From an uncultured Fibrobacterota bacterium (GTDB lineage: Bacteria > Fibrobacterota > Chitinivibrionia > Chitinivibrionales > FEN-1185): a stretch of 64,000 nt of DNA. Shown here one piece after another: positions 39,696 through 50,406 of the stretch (the first letter of the stretch is position 1; each line of letters starts with the position of its first letter). Position numbers and translations under genes: made by a program. Location of the stretch: contig CAVWBU010000027.1 in NCBI GenBank assembly GCA_963753345.1, positions 192,001-256,000 of the forward strand, in the 5' to 3' direction. Under the pieces are notes generated by a model, which was given only the letters and a program-made list of their open reading frames with translations, was not told where the DNA came from and ran no database searches.

Positions 39696-41513
39696 TTAGT
39701 CGTAGATCCCGAGGAGCCTTATTTCGTTCACGTCGGTTATTCCCTTGCCCCGGGCCCAGGCGCAGGCAAGCCGGAGCGGCTGTGCAGCAGGCATGATGAT
39801 TTCGCCGGATCGGAAAGAGCTCACCCCGTTTGGCGTTTGTTCCAGGAAACGGAAATCGAGCGGGTTTTCGACGAGCCGCACCACCGTATTCTGCCGGCTT
39901 TCTCCTAAATAGCAATCACGGGCCGTCAGCCGGAGCGCGGCGTCGTTCTCCAAGGCAAGCTCTCCCGAAATTTTTATTGGCAACCCATGGCTCAGGATTT
40001 TGATACTGTCGATCCGGTACGCCGAGGCCTCTTTCCACAGAAAGACAACCGTCCAAACAATCGACGTAATCGCCGGTGTGCGGCAGGAATAGACGAACTT
40101 GTTTCCATCAACTTTTGGCCGATGAATGCCCATGGTCTCTGGTTGGGTGATGGGGCATATTCTTTCGCCATTTGCATATAGCGCGAGGCCGACCACATTG
40201 TCAAGTTCGAACCTGCCGAAAGGATGGGCGATTCCGGAACAGCCTCTGTTGAGCACGAAAAACCGTGAAGGGGAAACGGCATTTCCCGCAAAATATGAAT
40301 GTGCAGCATTGCCCGCACTCCACTCAAAATTTGCCACACGGGAAACGCCATCCGCAACGTCTGAGGTGTCAATTCCTTCCGTCTTCTGAGCAAAGACCCA
40401 CGCGCACCACAGGTACCCGAGCGCGGTCCCAAACAGGTACGGTTCGAGGCGATAAAGACTCTTTCTGCATACGATAAAGAAGGCATGTGCAGAGCGTTTT
40501 GTCATTTTCATGGCCGATTCGTCACACCAGCCGGCATTCAACATTGCTTCCAGAAGAAAGCAATCCATGGCGGCCGCGGCAACGTCGTGTGAAAAAACAT
40601 CGGTTGCCTTATCGTTCTGAACGCAGAAGCAAAGCAGCCGACAGACTTCTCTTCCGGCGCTGCGAAATTGGTGCGTACCGGGATTTTTCCCGCTCATTAC
40701 CTCGATCACGGCACCATGGGCAAGCCGGAAAAGGGACGAGAATGCATTGTCGTGAATATCAAGAATGGCCGGGTGCGGCATTGTGGTGGTTTCCGGGGCG
40801 CCGGAAATCATGGCGAGAAAGCGGAGACAATCCACAATGGTGCATTCGGTCAAGCATACCTTTCCTTGAACGAAAGACGCCGGAAGCGCCGAAAATGATT
40901 GGTTCTTCTCTTTTTGAAGGTCCTGAATCAGGTATTTGTAGGCGGTTGAGTCCATGCGGAGGAGCGCTGAGCGATACACAATCGACTTTGCGATGGCCTC
41001 GGCTTTTTCTCTGCCTGAAAGCCAGGCAACGATTTCAAGCGAGAATGGAACTGCGGTTCCAGCGCCGCGGCTCGTAATAATGTTTCCGTCGGCCACAACA
41101 TTGTCTTCGACAAAAATGGCGCCCCCCAGTTTGTCTTCTTCTCCGGGAAAGCATGTTGCCCGTTTATTTGCGAGAATGCCGGCTTTGCCGAACACCAGGG
41201 GCGCGGCGCAGATGGCGGTGCACAGCTTGCCGGCTAAAAACATCTTCTTGACAAACTCAAGAACGACGGCAGATTGCAAAAGGGCCTTGTGTCCGGGGCC
41301 GCCCGGCAGCACCAGCGCGTCGGGAAGGGAAGAAACCTGGCCAACAAGCAGGGTGTCGGCTCGGACCATTATCCCGTGCGAGCCGCGGACTTCAAGCGTG
41401 GACAGCCCGGCAACGGTCACCGTGATGCCGGCCCGTCTGAGAAGGTCAATGGGGGTAACGGCCTCAATCTCTTCGAAACCCTCTGAAAGAACGATCAAAG
41501 CCGTCTTTTCCAT
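39696..41513 (-). CDS. DJ-1/YajL (ThiJ) family domain in frame with a ~420-aa uncharacterised C-terminal region
   Basis: GFEEIEA, LPGG, AICAAP nucleophile Cys and TSRG.GT in aa 1-181; the remainder is unrecognised. Confidence 0.8.
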   Translation of the reverse strand: MEKTALIVLSEGFEEIEAVTPIDLLRRAGITVTVAGLSTLEVRGSHGIMVRADTLLVGQVSSLPDALVLPGGPGHKALLQSAVVLEFVKKMFLAGKLCTAICAAPLVFGKAGILANKRATCFPGEEDKLGGAIFVEDNVVADGNIITSRGAGTAVPFSLEIVAWLSGREKAEAIAKSIVYRSALLRMDSTAYKYLIQDLQKEKNQSFSALPASFVQGKVCLTECTIVDCLRFLAMISGAPETTTMPHPAILDIHDNAFSSLFRLAHGAVIEVMSGKNPGTHQFRSAGREVCRLLCFCVQNDKATDVFSHDVAAAAMDCFLLEAMLNAGWCDESAMKMTKRSAHAFFIVCRKSLYRLEPYLFGTALGYLWCAWVFAQKTEGIDTSDVADGVSRVANFEWSAGNAAHSYFAGNAVSPSRFFVLNRGCSGIAHPFGRFELDNVVGLALYANGERICPITQPETMGIHRPKVDGNKFVYSCRTPAITSIVWTVVFLWKEASAYRIDSIKILSHGLPIKISGELALENDAALRLTARDCYLGESRQNTVVRLVENPLDFRFLEQTPNGVSSFRSGEIIMPAAQPLRLACAWARGKGITDVNEIRLLGIYD

Positions 41514-41767
41514 GGACGGAACCTCCCCGCCGGTCCGCGATCACCGTTGTCGTGTTCTGAAGAAAGATATATTGTGATCCGGCAATATGTCAGAATCTTG
41601 CTTATATTGTATATGGTGGTCGCTTATCCTTGCTTTTTAACAAAAAATCTACATATTTTACGAATAGGGGACTGGACGTTCTATTGGCAGCTTTTCACAA
41701 GGTGGTTCCGCGTCACGCGGAAACGTGAAAGGTCGCGATCTATTTGAAAATCAACCAGGAGTCACCA

Positions 41768-44038
41768 ATGGTGCCACGTTCCGGATCAACCCGTTTCATG
41801 TACTGCGCCTTGATCCTTGCGGCGATTTTCTCCAGCTCCCTTTTTGCCGACGAACAATGCGCGCTCACGTTTTCCGGCTGCCCGCAGGCCTTCGACGGTG
41901 ATACCCTGCGAGTTCCGAACAACGTGACCAAACTCTATTCCATGGTGCATGCCTGCAATGCGTCGCAAACGATTCACGGTCGGCGGCGGCGGCGGCACCA
42001 GTTCAATTATTTTCGTTATTGACAATACAGGAAGCATGAAGGGAGACAGGCGGAAACGATCCCGACAGGGGCGCGCTTTACCGTAACAAAAGCTCTGCTC
42101 GATACTCTTTTTGCACATGCACCTCAGACCGAAGTCGGGCTTGTTGTATTCAGGGAACACCTGTTTTTCGATACCACCACCACAGAGTACTACACAAAGT
42201 ACTTCAAAACGGTTCACCCGACTTTGGACAACCAACCGGACCAGGCATATCTTCCATTTTTGGTTCTTAACCAAACGTATGACGGCAAGCTTGGGATCGA
42301 CATCATCAAGGATATCCTCGCCACCGACCCCACGGGCGGAGACCTTCTGTATCAACCGAATTGGACTGAGCCGACCGGCGGCGAAACAAACATAAACGGC
42401 GCTTTTATCGGGGTGAAGCAGGCATTCCAGAGCGCAAAGAACCCGCCGGAGAATCAATACGTCATTTTCATGTCCGATGGCGACCCGGAAGGAACCAACC
42501 AGGCAAATCTCGATCCGCACTGGTTTGATACACCTGCCGGTTGCGCCAACATGCCCACCACGTTCACCGTGTTTTTCATCAAAAACAACGGCGCGGCGCC
42601 CGCCGACATCGTCACCATGACGACCAATATAAAAAACAACGGCTATTCCACCTCAAATCCCAATAGCAATTACTGGTCACTGGGAAATGTGAGCTACACA
42701 AATCTCATGGCCCTCCTGATGAACAATGTCATCACGAACATTCTCTTGTCGGGCAACCCGTCAAAAATGGTTCTCAACGGCACCACGTCTACGATATACG
42801 TCGACAGCTCGTTCTTCTTTGCCGACAGCTTTGCCATCACGGACGTTCCGACACCGGTAAACATGGGCATCACCTACCGGTATGTCAATCCGAAGACGCA
42901 GATCCTCTCGGACACCGTTGTTGCGATCAATTTTTATATCCAGCGGACTTCGCAAGCCACTACGCTTCCGGCCGGAGTGGGAGAGGTGTGTCAGCAGATT
43001 ACGGGGCCGGTGGGAAGCATTCCCGTGACGGCGACGCTTCTTGACAACAACCATGACGGTAAACTTGACGAAATAGATATAAAGTGGACGGTCGATTCAA
43101 CCATCACGGGGACGCCTACGGTAGCCCAGCTTATCCAGTCGCTGGTGATCACCACGCTGGACGGAAAGAAGGACACGCTGCACGCTGCGTCCATCCAAAT
43201 GGATCTGGCCAACAATACGATTCATATTATCTTGACGGAGAATACAGGAAGCACGTACGAAACCGCCTGGCAGCCGAATCCCGCAATCAGCCTCACCAAT
43301 TACCCGATGACGGGATCAGGCAGCTGGTTCGTAATCACTGCGGTAATCGACGGCGCGGCGCCGGTGATAAAAGGCGTATGTTTCCTGCCCACGCCCAGCG
43401 GGGACTCGCTGCATGTCGAGTTCAGCGAACCGCTCCTGGGACAATATCCTTCCGTCAATAACGACACTCTCGTGATGGGGGCAGGCAACAAACAGGCGCT
43501 GTCAGCCGCCGGCGTCCCAACTGCCGCCCCGCAGGGCGACATGGCTTCCTACGGGTTTACCAAGGGTACACTTTCCAGTTCGGACACCCTTACCGTAGAG
43601 GGCGGAAGACCGCCTTTCCCCTTGGAACCGTGCGGCAGTGTTACCATCGTGTCGAATTATATCGTAGGGCCAAGTCCGTTTAATCCGCGAATAAACGTCG
43701 TTCCGCCTGCGTTGCGAAATCCAAACAGCACTTCTCCGACAGGCACGGTCATTGTGGTCGAAATCAACCCGGCCCTGGCGGGGCATTTGCAAACGAATGA
43801 TATAACAGCCACGCTGACGATTCTTGACGCGGTTGGAAACGTGGTCGTTGACAAGACACCAATGTACACCGATGTGAAGGTAAACATTCCGCCCAAGAAG
43901 CTTATCTGGTCATGGGACGGCAAAACCAGAAGCGGCTCGTGGGCCGCGCCGGGTACGTATTTGGCAAGGATCGTCATAACGGACAGCAAAACGGGAGCCA
44001 AACAGTCGATTCATCTGAATGTCGGAGTTAGACGTTAG
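41768..44038 (+). CDS. Secreted VWA-domain protein with FlgD-like C-terminal domain, interrupted by three +1 frameshifts at 41975-42062
   Basis: Signal peptide and SD CAGGAG; MIDAS-like IIFVIDNTGSM in a shifted frame, then GETN and IFMSDG; C-terminal ILDAVGNVV...WDGK..G....PGTY. Confidence 0.75.
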
Positions 44039-44083
44039 CCGATTGCGGGTGAAGGCCCGCAGGCATGCCGCGTCCAGGAACGC

Positions 44084-45322
44084 TTACTGCGGAATTTTAA
44101 TGCGGAATACGGCCTGCGGCCTGACGCGGGGAAAAAGCTGGTGAAGGGCAAGAGCCAGAAGCGTTTGCCCGTCCTGTTTTTCGGGCCGCAGCCGCCGCGC
44201 CGGAGACCCATTGACAGACACGAACGCACTTGTCTTTGACATGCCGGAGAAAGCGCAGGTCGCCGCGGCAAGACCTGCGGCGCGGACCTTCAGCGTATCG
44301 CTGTTCCAGTAGGCGTTTATTCCCGCCCTCGAAGCGTTGTTTTGCAGTTCCCAACCGATGCAGTGTGACGGAACGTTCGGAAACCCCTGTGTAAATTCCC
44401 AGGAAACCGAGTTTCTCGCCTCAGGCCTGCTCCATGTTCGAATGATTGCGGCAAGATTCCCGTATTCCCTCTGCCGGTAATCAAAACCGTGTTCCTCGTC
44501 CGGATATTCCCGGTGTTCCACGCTCACGCCGTTCTGTTCGAGCCAGGAGAGAAACTGCAGCACCTGCTGAAGCGGATAGATGCGGTCGCGTCCGGCGTTG
44601 ATGTTGAGAATCGGCCGCTGCATGAGATTCCCTGGATTGAGCGTGATGCCGAGCGACGCCAGCATGCCGCCGTATCCGGATATGGCGATGAATCCCGCAA
44701 ACGGATCGCAGATCGTATTCGCCGCGCAATAGCACCCGGTCGCGCCGTCCGAAACGCCGGCAAGAAAAATCTTGTCCGGGTTGATCGGATAGCAGAGCGT
44801 CATGAACCTTACGGTCTGCAGGATCCGGGACATTCCGGCCGGACTCCACCATGGCGCGTACCTGTTTGCCGACGGGCTTGCCAGAAACAGGTTAAAGGTG
44901 TCCGCGAGGGTGGAGAGCATGGCGTAGGCAAGTTCTCCCTTTGTGGTGAGCTCGGTGCCTGTTCCTCCATGGAGATATACAATGAGGGGATAGACCGTGT
45001 CGTACCGCACCTGTGCCGGCGTCTTCCAGCCCACGGTGTAGGATGCATTGAACTTATCGACGAGCACGGTCGTCTTCGCACCGCAGGCGCCGCGGTATAT
45101 CTGCTGCGCCGCAAGGGCGATTGAATCTTGCTTGTCAACAAAGCCCCTGTACGACAGCAGGGAATCGGCGAGGGCGGGGGAAGGGTTCAAAAACCACCGG
45201 CCGTACAGGTCGGCGGCATGCGGCGGCAGGGCCGTCTGCGCGTGGCAACCCGAAAGCAGAACACACGCCGCAAGAGAAAGAGGCGCTATGCACTGGAAAA
45301 GAAAACGGATATGGAGGATCAT
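44084..45322 (-). CDS. Probable lipoprotein alpha/beta hydrolase (esterase/peptidase-like)
   Basis: Lipobox LSGC, YPLIVYLHGG, GVSDG, G.D and HG triad pattern. Confidence 0.75.
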   Translation of the reverse strand: MILHIRFLFQCIAPLSLAACVLLSGCHAQTALPPHAADLYGRWFLNPSPALADSLLSYRGFVDKQDSIALAAQQIYRGACGAKTTVLVDKFNASYTVGWKTPAQVRYDTVYPLIVYLHGGTGTELTTKGELAYAMLSTLADTFNLFLASPSANRYAPWWSPAGMSRILQTVRFMTLCYPINPDKIFLAGVSDGATGCYCAANTICDPFAGFIAISGYGGMLASLGITLNPGNLMQRPILNINAGRDRIYPLQQVLQFLSWLEQNGVSVEHREYPDEEHGFDYRQREYGNLAAIIRTWSRPEARNSVSWEFTQGFPNVPSHCIGWELQNNASRAGINAYWNSDTLKVRAAGLAAATCAFSGMSKTSAFVSVNGSPARRLRPEKQDGQTLLALALHQLFPRVRPQAVFRIKIPQ

Positions 45323-45347
45323 GGAGGCGCAACTGCGGCAGAAGGCC

Positions 45348-45710
45348 TTACGAAGGGCCGGCAGTCACGCTGCGTTCGAAATCGGCGCGCGAGCGGTGAA
45401 TGGGGACAAAAGAATCAAAGCCCACAATGGTGATAATTCCCATTATGTCTTCGTTGACGCCGAAGACCGCCAATCCGCCCTGCTTTTCCTTGAGCCGATT
45501 CTGGTAGTTGAGCATGAGGGTCATGGCGCTGGAATCGAGGTGCGTTGTTTTGGTTAAGTCGAGAGCGACGTACGGCCTCGGCTTTTCCTTGAGCGGCTCA
45601 AGTTCTTTTCTGATTTCGCCGACGAATTTTATGACGAATTTTCCTTCAACAGTGACGATATTCCAGGAATTCCACGTTTCCACGGAAACTTTGATGGGTG
45701 ATTCTTCCAT
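45348..45710 (-). CDS. STAS-domain anti-sigma-factor antagonist
   Basis: 120 aa with LDL..T.HLDSSA (phosphoacceptor Ser position) and GG.L..G. Confidence 0.85.
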   Translation of the reverse strand: MEESPIKVSVETWNSWNIVTVEGKFVIKFVGEIRKELEPLKEKPRPYVALDLTKTTHLDSSAMTLMLNYQNRLKEKQGGLAVFGVNEDIMGIITIVGFDSFVPIHRSRADFERSVTAGPS

Positions 45711-45913
45711 GTCATCCGCTTTCCCGGCATTAAGCCGCGCGACGATGAAGGTTCCCGATCCGAAGGCAGTCGGTGCGATGCCGCACCTTTATTAAAAATA
45801 ATTGTTGTCCTCTTCAAGGCAAGCGCAAAGTAACGAGCAGGGGAAATGAGCCGGATCGGCACAACGCTGTTCTGTTTGCCGTGCAGGCGTCGCCGCCGCG
45901 CCGGTCTGCTGCG

Positions 45914-47086
45914 TCACGCGGATGCGCGCATTCCCGGGTAAAGCTCGTATTCGTACAGCCTGCATTCTATTGTTCCATTGACAAACGGTGTCTTTCTTCC
46001 CGACTTGAGGCCGATTTTCTTCACAAGGTCGAAATTTCCCGAAAATACATATCCCCTATATCCGGCGCAGCGGCGTTTGAGAAAGTTTCCTATTCCCGCA
46101 TATACCGCGGGAAGCAGATCAGGCGAGCCCAGGCGGTGGCCGTACTCAGGATTGAAGATGACGACGCCTTTTCCCTCCGGCACCTTTGTTTCGTCGAATT
46201 TGCACTCGGCAAATTCTATCCATGAATCCACTGCGGCCCCACGCGCATTTTCTCTGGCGTTTGCAATTGCGGACGGGGCGATGTCGGTGGCGATAATTCT
46301 GCAATCGGGAGCCGGCTTCTCGCGCTCCTTCAGGCCGGCACGAATGTGAGCATAAAAATCCCGATCATACGGCACCAGATGCATGAAACCGAAGTTGTTT
46401 CGCAGCGTGCCGGGTTTGCGGTGAACCGCACGAAGCGCCGCTTCGATGGCAAGCGTTCCGCTGCCGCACATCGGGTTTACAAAGTGCATGGTTTCGTCCC
46501 ATCGCGTGGCGCGAATGACGCCCGCGGCAAGCGTTTCCTGCATCGGAGCGCTGCCGGGACGAAGGCGGTACCCGCGACGTGCGAGTGCCTCGCCGGACGT
46601 GTCGATGTAGAGCATGCAGCGATCGTCGCGCCAGTACAAATGCACCACCGCGCCGTCCCTGCGCGGTCCGCTGTCGCACCGGCTACCGGTTTTGGTCGCA
46701 AGCCTGTCGACGATGGCGTCTTTGCACCTGAGATTGGCAAAGCGCGTGTCGGTGATCGATGCCGTTCGAACCGTGGAGGTCACGGTGAGCGTAGTGTCGA
46801 GCGGGATCAGCCGCTCCCAATCAAGCGAAAAGACCGCGGCATACAGTTCGTCCGGCGTCGCGCACTTTTGAGCAAGAACCTGGTACAGAACATGGTGGGC
46901 CGTGGACAGAACAAGGTTGAGGCGCACGCAGTCGTTGAGCGTTCCGCGCGTCCCGACGCCGGTCGGGAATTGCGCCGCTACGGGCAGGCCGGCCTCTTTT
47001 ATGTCAAGCGCAACAAAATCCGCCAGCCCCTTGGGGCAGGTTACCAGGATGTGCGACTCATCCCGCGTGAAATCGTGTGGTATCAT
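45914..47086 (-). CDS. THUMP-domain RNA methyltransferase (RlmL/YpsC-like)
   Basis: DTSG..L.RRGYR, APMQETLAA, PMCGSGT..IEAA, NPEYG.RL. Confidence 0.9.
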   Translation of the reverse strand: MIPHDFTRDESHILVTCPKGLADFVALDIKEAGLPVAAQFPTGVGTRGTLNDCVRLNLVLSTAHHVLYQVLAQKCATPDELYAAVFSLDWERLIPLDTTLTVTSTVRTASITDTRFANLRCKDAIVDRLATKTGSRCDSGPRRDGAVVHLYWRDDRCMLYIDTSGEALARRGYRLRPGSAPMQETLAAGVIRATRWDETMHFVNPMCGSGTLAIEAALRAVHRKPGTLRNNFGFMHLVPYDRDFYAHIRAGLKEREKPAPDCRIIATDIAPSAIANARENARGAAVDSWIEFAECKFDETKVPEGKGVVIFNPEYGHRLGSPDLLPAVYAGIGNFLKRRCAGYRGYVFSGNFDLVKKIGLKSGRKTPFVNGTIECRLYEYELYPGMRASA

Positions 47087-47159
47087 GAGACACCGCCTTC
47101 AGAAGGCAACATACCCAACGTGTCCAGCGAAAAAGACGAACCGCCGGAAGTGAGTGAGG

Positions 47160-49409
47160 TCATTGGTTACCGGATATACCTTTCTCGTCGCACATTGCCG
47201 CAACCAGCGGGTGCCACCGGGGAACGGCGTATGTCACGGCGGGTGAGTGCGATGTGCCGAACGTTGCTATCGCAGCGCCCCTGGTTACCGAGGGGGTATC
47301 GAGGAAATCGCCAAACATGATTGATGCATTTTTCATCTTCACTTCAAAACGGCGGAACACGGCGCGCTCTTCCCCGGGGACGCCGGCATCGAGAACCAGT
47401 GAGCATCCCGGTGACGGCGAAAAAGCGCATCGCGGAATTGCCGCGGAACATCGTACGCGATATTCCCGGGCGAACGCGAGAAAGTCCGGACATGATGAAA
47501 GGGTGCTTTCCGGGGCAAAAATTCTCTCAACATGATTGTCAATAAGTAAGGGCTCAACGGCCTGCACCATGGTGCAGGGGTTGTCCGAAAGAGCAATCGC
47601 GCCGATTCCCGGACCGGGCGCCTGTCTGAGCCAGGGTTCAATGACCCTGGCGTACGTTGTTCCGGTGATCGCCTTGCCGTCAAGTCCGGCTATCCACACG
47701 CTGTGGTTGGGCCAGCGGACGGCTGCGCAATGCGACTTTGCTATCTGGAAAAATACCACCTGCGACGGAGCGCTGTGCCATTGCCACAGGACAAGCACGA
47801 CAAGCGCGGCGGCACAAACAATTCCCGCAACGCAAAAGTAACGTTTCACCAAGGCGGGCCGTACGGCGCAGATTCCCAGAAGAAAGACCCCGAAAAGAGC
47901 ATACGCTGCGGGCAACAGGCGAGGCAGCTCGATTGCCGAGAGCTGCGAGTCCGCCGACAACGCCGCTGCGCTGCCTATCATCAATCCGACGCAGCATTCC
48001 GCCGCGGCCATCACCAACGGCACGAGGGGAGGGAACACAATCTGCAGAAGAAATCCCGCCATTGAAAACCACATAGAGACCGACATGAGGAACACCGCGA
48101 ACAGGTTTACAATGATTCCCGAGAGCGAAAGCGTCCCGAAATGGTAGGCAAGAACCGGCGCAGAGGCCAGAAACGCGGCCAGCGAAACAGAGAAAGGCGC
48201 GGCCAGCGGCGAAAAAAGTTTTTTCGTGGGGAAAACCGGAACATCGCGCCAAAGCCTCAGGAAGACAGGAGAAAGCAGTACAATTCCGGCAGTTGCGCAA
48301 AAGGAAAGCTGGTAACCGGGCGTCAGAAGCGACAAAGGTGAAAACAGGAGCCAGACGATTCCCGCGATGCCCAGCGAATTGAGTACCTGCGGCCTTCTTT
48401 GAAAGAGAAACGAAACCATCACCATGGTTGTCATGACGACAGCGCGGAAAAGCGAGGGAATAGACCCTATGAAAAAAAGATACGACCAAACGAAGATAAT
48501 AACAATGCCGGCTTTTGCTTCCCGTGGAATAGGCACCAGCAGAAGAAGCGCGAAAAGCGCGGCGGAAACGATGGCGACATTGAATCCGGACAAGGCAAGC
48601 AGGTGATAAATGCCCGCCTTGAAGAAAACACTTTTCATGCTGTCCGAGATATCGCTTCTGTCATTGAGGAACGAGGCGACAATAATTGCGCGGTAGTCGC
48701 TGTTTCGAATTTGCTCGGAGGCACGGTAGACCGTGCGGCGGGCAAATCCCGTTAGCCGCTGCCACGCCCCGTGTTTTTCCCTGCATGAGACAATGGAGTC
48801 GCAATAGAACCTTCCCCAGACGCCGCGTGACATGCAGTAAAGATAGTCGTCGAATGCGCCCGGGTTGAGCGCGGGGCGCGGAGGCACGAAACGTCCTGCA
48901 AGCAAAACCTTCCCTGCAATGCAGGGCTCTTGCGCGCTTCGGCATTCAATCACCCGGTGCCGGAAAGCAGACCCTGCGTTTCTTGAAAAAAGGGAATCGC
49001 TTCTGACAAGGAATACAAAGCCTCCGCCGGAAGTTTCAGGCGAAGAAATAACCGTTCCGCTCAGCGTTGCATGCGCCACGCCGGACAAAAACGGTCGCGC
49101 CCGGAGGTATTCGGCCTGCTGGCCGCCAACGGACCATCCTGCAGCTGCCGCGCCGGCCAGGAAAAAGGCGACGCACCGCGTCTGCGGACGCGCGCACAAC
49201 AGGCCGCCGCACACCGACAAAAAGATTGCAGAAGGGAAAACGACATCATACAATATCAAGGACAAATGCACGGGCCGGAGCGCATAGTACCCAGCGAGGA
49301 TGCCGGCCGAAAGTCCGGCCCATCCCACAAGACCGGGGAGCAGCAGCCAACCGTTGATGACGGGGAAGATCCCGGCGGCACGAGGCGGATGTTTCGTGGA
49401 ACGGCTCAT
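47160..49409 (-). CDS. comEC: ComEC/Rec2 DNA uptake channel
   Basis: NPG.FD, GIYHLLALSGFNV, S..RA..M, GYQLSF.AT; the C-terminal MBL-like region lacks HxHxDH. Confidence 0.88.
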   Translation of the reverse strand: MSRSTKHPPRAAGIFPVINGWLLLPGLVGWAGLSAGILAGYYALRPVHLSLILYDVVFPSAIFLSVCGGLLCARPQTRCVAFFLAGAAAAGWSVGGQQAEYLRARPFLSGVAHATLSGTVISSPETSGGGFVFLVRSDSLFSRNAGSAFRHRVIECRSAQEPCIAGKVLLAGRFVPPRPALNPGAFDDYLYCMSRGVWGRFYCDSIVSCREKHGAWQRLTGFARRTVYRASEQIRNSDYRAIIVASFLNDRSDISDSMKSVFFKAGIYHLLALSGFNVAIVSAALFALLLLVPIPREAKAGIVIIFVWSYLFFIGSIPSLFRAVVMTTMVMVSFLFQRRPQVLNSLGIAGIVWLLFSPLSLLTPGYQLSFCATAGIVLLSPVFLRLWRDVPVFPTKKLFSPLAAPFSVSLAAFLASAPVLAYHFGTLSLSGIIVNLFAVFLMSVSMWFSMAGFLLQIVFPPLVPLVMAAAECCVGLMIGSAAALSADSQLSAIELPRLLPAAYALFGVFLLGICAVRPALVKRYFCVAGIVCAAALVVLVLWQWHSAPSQVVFFQIAKSHCAAVRWPNHSVWIAGLDGKAITGTTYARVIEPWLRQAPGPGIGAIALSDNPCTMVQAVEPLLIDNHVERIFAPESTLSSCPDFLAFAREYRVRCSAAIPRCAFSPSPGCSLVLDAGVPGEERAVFRRFEVKMKNASIMFGDFLDTPSVTRGAAIATFGTSHSPAVTYAVPRWHPLVAAMCDEKGISGNQ

Positions 49410-49470
49410 CGGCTATCAAAATACGATTTTGTGCAAACCCTGAACCGATAAAAGGCGTCCGGAGACGGCG

Positions 49471-50406
49471 ATGAGCGCATTTTCAAAGACCGACAAATGC
49501 ATTCTTGTGGTTGACGACGAAAAGGAAATGCGCGAGATGATCGTTGACTACCTGGAGATGGAGGGATATGCCGTGCTGGGGGCCGCAAACGGCCGGGAGG
49601 CGCTCGATACGTTTCTGCCCAATCACGCCATCGACCTTGTTCTCTCGGACATCAACATGCCGGTGATGAAGGGTTTTGAACTGCTCAAGGAGGTGCGCGC
49701 ATTGTATCCGGGCATCAAGCGGGTCCTCATTACCGCATACAATGTTGAAGACTATCTCGAACTTGCCATGAAGCACGACGTGGGAAACATCTTTGTCAAG
49801 TCAACGCCGTTTGACTTCCAAGAACTATCCGCCATCCTCGAAAGCCTTCTTTCCGGCGACATTTTCGGTTTGTCAAAGTACTTTGACAAACCGATACTGG
49901 AGAAGACCTTTGTCATTCGGAAGGGAAACAGGCTCGACGAATACGCCAGGGAAATAGTGTCGCACCTCCCCAACGTCTCCAATGCAAAGAAGATTGAGCT
50001 TGTGCTTGTCGAACTCATCGCCAATGCGGTTTTTTACGGCATCAGGAAAGAAAACTCCGAAGACAAGCAAGAATGGGTGTATAACTTTGAAATGGCGGAA
50101 AACGAAGCTCCGCGCGTCACCCTTATCGCAGATATGGAAAAGTTCGGCATATCCGTGATCGACAGCGGAGGCAGGCTGAGCAAGAACGATGTGCTGTACT
50201 GGCTCAACAGGCAGGTCACGCGCGGCGAAACCGGATTACCGCTCGGCGCGTACGACTCCCATGGAAGGGGATTATTCATCGCCAGGGAATACATCGACAG
50301 ACTTATCATCAACATCGACAAAAACGTGCAAACCGAGGTCATTATCATCAAGTATCTCACCCAGAACTACTCGGGGTATAAGCCCCTGCATATTAATGAA
50401 ATATGA
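49471..50406 (+). CDS. Receiver domain fused to an RsbW/SpoIIAB-like HATPase (no HisKA domain)
   Basis: ILVVDDE and DLVLSDINMP; ELIANAV.YG, D.GG and HGRGLFI boxes. Confidence 0.8.
   Translation: MSAFSKTDKCILVVDDEKEMREMIVDYLEMEGYAVLGAANGREALDTFLPNHAIDLVLSDINMPVMKGFELLKEVRALYPGIKRVLITAYNVEDYLELAMKHDVGNIFVKSTPFDFQELSAILESLLSGDIFGLSKYFDKPILEKTFVIRKGNRLDEYAREIVSHLPNVSNAKKIELVLVELIANAVFYGIRKENSEDKQEWVYNFEMAENEAPRVTLIADMEKFGISVIDSGGRLSKNDVLYWLNRQVTRGETGLPLGAYDSHGRGLFIAREYIDRLIINIDKNVQTEVIIIKYLTQNYSGYKPLHINEI

Noticed and set aside
42020..42022. In-frame TGA as selenocysteine or readthrough in the VWA gene
   Set aside because: The conserved VWA motif lies in other frames around this codon, so indels explain it; readthrough would give RRRRRHQFNYFRY.QYRKHEG, which lacks the motif.
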